A stretch of DNA of 64,000 bases. Origin: Octopus sinensis (Eukaryota). This document shows positions 56,064-64,000 of this stretch, piece after piece. Position 1 is the stretch's first letter. Each line of letters begins with the position of its first letter. The position numbers and the translations under genes are program-made. Where the stretch lies: positions 84,754,001 through 84,818,000 of the forward strand of contig NC_042999.1 in NCBI RefSeq assembly GCF_006345805.1, written 5' to 3'. The notes under the pieces are model-generated. The model did not search any database. It saw only the letters and a program-made list of their open reading frames with translations, and was not told the origin of the DNA.

Positions 56064-56227
56064 TATACATATATATATATACATATACATATATATATAT
56101 ATACATATATACACACACATATACACATATACATATACATACATATACACATATACATATATATAGATATTCATTTCTATTTCTTTAATTACCTGTGTAT
56201 TTATTATGTTTGCAGGATCCACTATTG

Positions 56228-56770
56228 TCATATGTTGGGGTGTGCGCTATTGCTCCATTCTAGTTTTCTATTCAGGCTAGGTTTATTTTCTATTATATGT
56301 GTAGCTTCTGTAATTTGTCTAATTGTTGCATCTGTTCTATGTGTGGACAATATCTTAATCTCTATGTTATTGATTGATCCCCCGTGTTCTTGTTCGGCGT
56401 GTTGGTACAGAATCGATGAGCTTTTACCTTCCTTGAGTTGTCTCCAATGTTCATTCACCCGCTCACCAATGCTTCTTGCAGTTTCCCCTACGTATGTTAC
56501 TGTCTTGTTACTGCATCGTCCCTCAATACATCTTATACTATAGACCACATTTCTGGCTTTACAGTTTGTTTGTGGGCTAAATCTACATACAGTGCAATAG
56601 TTATCCGTACAGAGAGTTCTACTAAAAGGATAGGTTCTACCAATTATAGATCTGATAGGGTTGCCTGGCTTTTCAACAACCTTAATTCTTAGTTTAAGTT
56701 TATCTAGGGTCCTTCTAAAGCGGTACGCCAGTTCACCTCCAGGGGTGGTGTCAACGAACATGACACTCTG
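56228..56770 (-). CDS. Penelope C-terminus with GIY-YIG endonuclease (open frame, 5'-truncated)
   Basis: [34 protein letters not shown]...[26 protein letters not shown]....LNRKLEW; no stops over ~180 codons. Confidence 0.9.
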   Translation of the reverse strand, partial: QSVMFVDTTPGGELAYRFRRTLDKLKLRIKVVEKPGNPIRSIIGRTYPFSRTLCTDNYCTVCRFSPQTNCKARNVVYSIRCIEGRCSNKTVTYVGETARSIGERVNEHWRQLKEGKSSSILYQHAEQEHGGSINNIEIKILSTHRTDATIRQITEATHIIENKPSLNRKLEWSNSAHPNI

Positions 56771-56889
56771 GTATATAGTGCGTGTGTTTTTATTGGCTAA
56801 ACTGGCAATATGACCATTCCGAAATATAACAATATCTGTTTCAACACACGACTTCACATAAAAAATCTTGCACAACAAATATTTAAACG

Positions 56890-56931
<42 letters not shown>

Positions 56932-57104
56932 GTACATATTCATATGTACATGTACATATATAGATACAGCTTTATACATATATATACACACACATATACA
57001 CACACACACATATATATATGTATATATATATATATGTATGTATGTATATATACATATATGTATGTGTATATACATATAAGGTATATATATATATATATAT
57101 ATAT

Positions 57105-57349
57105 AAGGTTTTGGCCAGTATTGGCCCAGGCCATGTCTAACTTAATAGCACCACCTGGTGAAGTCTTTCAGTTCAGGATTTGGGCACCAAGGCCCATTCG
57201 AGCAGAGAGTTATTGTTTGCGGAGACATATCCGGGTGGGTGGTTTGTCCGGTACTGTTTGAAGGAATTTGTCCAAAGACTTCTTTAATTTTGTGTGGTCA
57301 GTTTCTTTTTTGACGCGCCCTGGTGTAATGTTGAAGAGAGCAGGTCCAA
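57105..57349 (-). mobile_element. 245-bp 3' fragment of CR1 LINE, near-identical to 57887-58132
   Basis: GPALFNITP...[15 protein letters not shown]; direct sequence match. Confidence 0.9.
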
Positions 57350-57862
<513 letters not shown>

Positions 57863-58541
57863 ATAACTTAACTTAGAATAACTTAGAAGGTTTTGGCCAG
57901 TATTGGCCCAGGCCATGTCTAACTTAATAGCACCACCTGGTGAAGTCTTTCAGTTCAGGATTTGGGCACCAAGGCCCATTCGAGCAGAGAGTTATTGTTT
58001 GCGGAGACATATCCGGGTGTGGGTGGTTTGTCCGGTACTGTTTGAAGGAATTTGTCCAAAGACTTCTTTAATTTTGTGTGGTCAGTTTCTTTTTTGACGT
58101 GCCCTGGTGTAATGTGAAGAGAGCAGGTCCAATTGAGGTGAAATAGTTGTGCCGTATTGTCGTTATGTGATGCGATTTAGATTTTTGTTGTGGACGGATG
58201 GCACGTGGTCCAAGCCTTGGATGCATTTTGAAGGTGATGCCAACATCATTCGGACAGTGCTGGTGGAATATTTTCCACATCATACAGATAATATAGCGTT
58301 CACGGCGTCGTTGGAGTGAATACAATTTCAGCTTCTCTAGTCTACCCCAGTAGTCAAGGTCTGACATGCCATCTATCTTTTTTGTGATTGACCTTTGGGG
58401 AGCTTCAATTCTCATAATATTTTGTTTTGTGTAGGGAGACCACAGTGGACAGCAGTATTCAAGGTGGGGTCGGGCAAAAGTGGAGAAGAGAAGGATAATA
58501 GCGTGGGAATCTCTCGACTGGAAGGTTTTGAGAATCCAGGA

Positions 58542-58545
<4 letters not shown>
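57863..58545 (-). mobile_element. 5'-truncated CR1 LINE with tandem-repeat tail
   Basis: [61 protein letters not shown]; tail (TTCTAAGTTA)x2. Confidence 0.93.
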
Positions 58546-58599
<54 letters not shown>

Positions 58600-58701
58600 A
58601 TATATATATGCGTGAATGCGTTACATACGTATATGCATACATACATATGTATATATATAATATAAATTTATATATATATATATATATAACATATGTGTAT
58701 G

Positions 58702-58739
<38 letters not shown>

Positions 58740-58783
58740 CATATGTATGTATGTGCGTACGTATGTATGTATGTATGTATGTG

Positions 58784-58829
<46 letters not shown>

Positions 58830-58856
58830 TGTATGTATGTATGTATGTATGTATGC
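58546..58856. repeat. Compound (TA)n/(TATG)n
   Basis: Direct runs. Confidence 0.93.
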
Positions 58857-59231
58857 ACACATAATTATCACTGTATTTTGTTTTATATAAACATAGACAT
58901 GTACATACAGATATTCATACATCTATGTGTGCATAATTATATAGATACCTGTATAAAAAAAATCGTGTAAGGATATATTCTTTCCTGCATATACATTCTT
59001 GTGAAGTAGCTTGTATGGAACATGTCATTGTGCTGGTTTCAACGTTTATAATCTGTGGAATTGCCCAGTTAGGAAAGGCGGTCTACTTATTGTCAGTTAT
59101 CTTGCGAAGTATAAAATAAAACAACCAAGAGAATGGAACAAACGAATGAAAAGCCATAAAGACATATAAAAAGAAAAAATGTAAGATATAGCCCAAAGAA
59201 ATGTATGGACGTTAAAACTCTATGTGCGAAT

Positions 59232-59877
<646 letters not shown>

Positions 59878-60519
59878 AAACTGGGTGTACAAGATGGAAA
59901 AAGATGCGGAAGTAATTAATGGGTGTAAAATGTTAGACCGAACAACGGAATAAAAATAGATACTAGAATATCTGTAAATACATAGGATGGCTTAGATGGA
60001 TAGAAAAGAAGTAGCGTAAGGAAATATGAAAGCCAGAATAAGAAAAAAAAAACAGAAAAGAAAGCGAGCAAAGAAAGAATAAAACCCTATTTATATAAAA
60101 CAGAATTCACGATAGAAAGAATCAGAGGTAAAGATATTATGAAAATACGAACGAATTTAGTCAGAGAGAGTGACAGAAGGAGAGAGAGATAGGGGTAGAC
60201 ATACAGAGAGCCAGACAGACAGACAGACAGATAGATAGACAGGTAGATAGTGAGTGTGAAAGCAGGAGAGCGATGGATTTATTTGCGAAGAGAGGAAAAG
60301 TATGCGACAAGTGAGAAGGAATCACGAGGAACCAGTGTAATAAACGAGAGAGTGTGAATCAAATGTAAAGAGAATGGAGACAAAAAAAAAAGAAGAGGAA
60401 AATGTAACTGTTCTATAATAATGCATAATACAAAACCATAAAGATGCTGCAGATAAGTCCGGTCAATGTGAAATGCATTTATATAAACTATTACGCTACA
60501 TGAAAACATACCATGTCGT

Positions 60520-60868
60520 TCATGATGATAATGATGATGGCAGTAGATGATGGTGGAGGTGATGGTAGTAGCGGTGGTAGTGGGAGTCCGATGGGGGTGG
60601 GGTGGTGACAGTGATGATGATCATGATGATGGTGATGATGACGGTGGTGATAGTGGTGGTGGTGGTGGTGGTGGTGGTGGTGGTGATTGTGGTGGCGGTG
60701 ATGAAGATGGTATTCGTAATGTCGACGTGTTGCTCTCCTTATTGTTTCTGTTGTATTTGTTGTTCATGATGATGATAATGATGACGATGATGAAGATGAT
60801 AACAATGATGATGACGAGGATTATGGTGATGAGTATAATGATGATGGTGTTGACGGTGCTGCTACTAC

Positions 60869-60921
<53 letters not shown>

Positions 60922-61040
60922 TTGAGGAGGAGGAGGAGATGGAGGAAGGAGCTGATATTTTTGATGTTATCCTTGCTGATGATGATGCTGTTGTTGATGA
61001 TGATGCGGTTACTACTAATGTTTTTGATGCTACAGTAGTA
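60520..61040. repeat. Compound trinucleotide low-complexity tract (GAT/GGT/GCT/GAG)
   Basis: Direct runs. Confidence 0.9.
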
Positions 61041-61154
61041 GTGGTGGCATCATCGCTGGTGGAGTTTCCTTTCTCTTTTCATATTCGTTATTCACCGTGT
61101 TTCCTTGATTTTTTATTCTTTTTTTATTTTTGCGTGTATGTATTTGTCACGTAT

Positions 61155-61400
61155 ATGTACTGTGTTGTAAGAAGTTTACTTCCCAACCCACATGGTTTCC
61201 AGCTCAAGCACACAACATGGCGCTTTAGACAAATGTCTTCTACTATAGGGCCGACCAAATCTTTGAGAGTGGATTTGGTAGACTGAAAACTGAAAGACGA
61301 CCTCTGTGTGTGTGTATATGAGTATGTGTGCGGATGTACGTGCGTATCAGTATGTGTTTGTATTGTGTTTGACCCCCAACCCACCCCATTACCACTACCA
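61155..61400 (+). mobile_element. 5' half of SINE family C
   Basis: tgtcttctactatag..ccgaccaaa.c.ttg.gagtggatttggtagac.gaaa.ctgaaaga. Confidence 0.82.
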
Positions 61401-61407
61401 CCATCAC

Positions 61408-62685
61408 CGGCAATTGAGATGTCTTTCCATACCTGTTCTTGTAGATTTTTGTAGGCATCTTGGGTGCGTTTGATCCAGTCTGCATTTTCATTGTATGGTT
61501 TCTCATCACGCCAGATCCCTTTAAAAAAGTTTTCAACTTCTTCCATTAGTGGTGGATTTTCAATGGTTATTTTTTCTTCCCCTATTTCCCTGTAAAATGA
61601 TTTGGCATTGGATTTGAACATCTTATTTTGCTTCTAGTATTTGATTCTTTTCTCAAATCTGCGTATTCTCTGAGCTTTTGCTTGAGCTGTTTGTTTAAGT
61701 ATTTCTTTCGCTGACACTAGTTCTTCTCTTGTTGAGAGTCCATATTTTCTCACAATCTTCCTGCCTTTTCTTGATCTTACATCATTTCCAGTGATTAGCT
61801 CAGTTAATATTGATACCTCCCTTCGCAATGATTCAATCTCAATTTCAATTCTACTCCTCCAGTTTGATTTTCTTTTCGAATTTGGTATTGTTGGCTTTTT
61901 GGGTGTTAAACAGTGTCTTTCGATTACCTTACCAACAGAGTGAATAATTTCATTTAACGTATTAAGATCGGGGTTTAGTTGTTGTATGATTTCTTGTGTA
62001 ACGCAGTTGCCAATTTATATTTGTGTTTTATGTTGGTGTGCATTTTAGAGTTTATGGAGTGGTTCCCTATCATTCATATTTGTATGCCCTGCAACTGCAA
62101 GCTCATTCAGAACTTACTGCTTCATTTCAATGATAAATTTTCTGTGTTGTTCAGCAAATATGTGGTCTTCAAATTCTGCTTCGACATCACTTTCCTGGCT
62201 GTTTATTTCTAGGGTAATATTTTCCTTTTTCTTCAGGCTCTAAAGTGGTTTCGGCCGATGGTCGCCTTTCAGTCAATACTTGTGGTCCAACATTCCTCTC
62301 CCCTGCTTCGTTATTTCTTTCCTGATTTATATTTAGGTCATTCTCTACCACTTTTTTAATAGAGGTTAATTTTGCATCTGTGAGTGTGGTATTTCTGAAG
62401 ATATATCTTCTAATATTTCCTAATCTGTTTTCATCCAGGTTTGGTCTGTTAGCTGGATTCCGGCTCCTCCAAATTCTGTAGGATTTTGCGGTGTGTGGTA
62501 TGTTTCTCTTGGGTTGACCTACTTAATGCAAAGTAATAAGCGTGTAATACTTGTTTATATTCTTCCGAGTTCCATTTAGTGCTTTTACATTTTTGATTTT
62601 GTGGTCGTTGTGGTGGTGAACTTTAGGGGGTTAATTTGGGACAAATCCCGTTTAAGTGACCTTCCAGGTTCGTATTCGGGGAAGA
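61408..62685 (-). mobile_element. 5' portion of R4/Dong-type LINE, 3'-truncated before the RT
   Basis: N-terminal KWNSEEYKQVLHAYY..IWRSRNP..LDENRLGNIRRYI; then AKAQRIRRF and FYREIG..PP..EVENF.KGIW, homologous to 33900-34050. Confidence 0.88.
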
Positions 62686-62723
62686 TTATTTTTATTATTA
62701 TTATCATTATTATTATTATTATT

Positions 62724-63268
62724 GAGTGAGAGAGCAGTGTATGCCATCAAAGTAACACTGGGGTAAAATATACGAAGCCCAGTATACCCATCATGACTAC
62801 CCGTCTGATAAGGGTACACTAGGCACATGCATCACAACCATATGTGCGCGACATGGTGATCTCATATCAAGATAAACAGCACATAACCTTGCAGGTGGGG
62901 CCCAGTTAAAATTTTCTTCTGGTCGAGTAACCCACCGTGCTCAAAAGGTCCCTGAATAAGGGTTGTTTAACGATGTTGAACGAAACACCCATGTTTCCAA
63001 AGGTGAATTATTCCAGCTCCAAAGAATCTTTCTCAACACATGGCTATGATGCTCCCCCACTACTTCTGCTCGTGATCAGAGATGCACATATCGTCAGTCA
63101 CTAAAGGACATGGTCAACTGGTTAAGGTCAATCAACTGACAGCCAAATCTGTAGTATTGAGCAGAATATTTGCTGTAGCCCATCTTTTATACCAAGACAA
63201 TGATAGCACTTCCAATCAGTTAAGATCAGAAGCCATGAGATACACTGCCTGGTACTGCATCGGTGCAT
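62724..63268 (-). mobile_element. ~545-bp non-coding interspersed repeat X ending in (AAT)n
   Basis: Second copy at 63676-64000; (AAT)n tail on the minus strand; no tRNA boxes or coding motif recognised. Confidence 0.75.
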
Positions 63269-63290
63269 TTGTTGTTGTTGTTGTTGTTGT

Positions 63291-63509
63291 ATGAAAACTC
63301 ACAGCATATTTTGCTGGACATGATGGAAAGTGGTAGCTGTCCACGGCCAGCAGACTTATGTGACATTTGTTTACTGGTCATGCTTCAAGAACCTTGCGAA
63401 GAATTCTTGCAGCTCCAAGCAATGCTGATTTTTGTAGGTGTTCTACCTTCACACTTTCGCCAATCTTTTTCAGCCATGTTCGTAGCTGAGTGCTGATACT
63501 TCCATTTTA

Positions 63510-63510
<1 letters not shown>
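63291..63510 (-). mobile_element. 3' end of R4/Dong-type LINE with (AAC)n tail
   Basis: GSISTQLRTWLKKIGESVKVEHLQKSALLGAARILRKVLEA* (stop 63378-63380), ~90-bp UTR, then (AAC)n. Confidence 0.88.
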
Positions 63511-63594
<84 letters not shown>

Positions 63595-63675
63595 GTTATT
63601 ATTATTATTGTTATTATTATTGTTATATTATTATTATTATTATTATTATTATTTATTATTATTATTATTATTATT
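63511..63675. repeat. (ATT)n microsatellite
   Basis: Direct run. Confidence 0.97.
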
Positions 63676-64000
63676 GAGTGAGAGAGCAGTGTATGCCATC
63701 AAAGTAACACTGGGGTAAAATATACGAAGCCCAGTATACCCATCATGACTACCCGTCTGATAAGGGTACACTAGGCACATGCATCACAACCATATGTGCG
63801 CGACATGGTGATCTCATATCAAGATAAACAGCACATAACCTTGCAGGTGGGGCCCAGTTAAAATTTTCTTCTGGTCGAGTAACCCACCGTGCTCAAAAGG
63901 TCCCTGAATAAGGGTTGTTTAACGATGTTGAACGAAACACCCATGTTTCCAAAGGTGAATTATTCCAGCTCCAAAGAATCTTTCTCAACACATGGCTATG
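63676..64000 (-). mobile_element. Second copy of repeat X (runs off window)
   Basis: Identical by eye to 62724-63048 over 325 bp. Confidence 0.8.

Larger units (their letters stand above)
55545..56885 (-). mobile_element. 5'-truncated Penelope-like element with an inverted copy of its terminal repeat
   Basis: GIY-YIG ORF at 56228-56770, UTR/pLTR to 55545; 56773-56835 is the reverse complement of 55545-55605. Confidence 0.92.

Noticed and set aside
56771-56878. N-terminus of the 216-aa Penelope ORF
   Set aside because: It is the inverted terminal repeat read in antisense, not native protein.
60547-61038. 163-aa low-complexity ORF (poly-G/M/L)
   Set aside because: Compound trinucleotide repeat with no coding signature.

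Overview
AT-rich eukaryotic, repeat-dominated DNA. The SINE families and extreme microsatellite density suggest an octopus (coleoid cephalopod) intron or intergenic region; this is an inference. I recognise no host protein-coding gene, rRNA, true tRNA or CRISPR array, and most ORFs in the track are microsatellite read-through. The window is a dense transposon fossil bed. It holds about 20 tRNA-derived SINE copies from several modular families, several with clear TSDs. It also holds decayed R4/Dong-type (REL) LINEs that repeatedly abut (AAT)n, an L1/Tx1 relic, two CR1-group relics, three or four Penelope-like elements, and mariner and DD41D transposase fragments and MITEs. A 1.3-kb Helentron-type element carries an open AP-endonuclease fragment. 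The most notable structures are that Helentron, a Penelope copy with an inverted terminal repeat and decayed hammerhead motifs, an (AAT)n-targeted retroelement pile-up at the right end, and SINE head/tail shuffling. Family assignments come from motif recognition by eye, not database searches.
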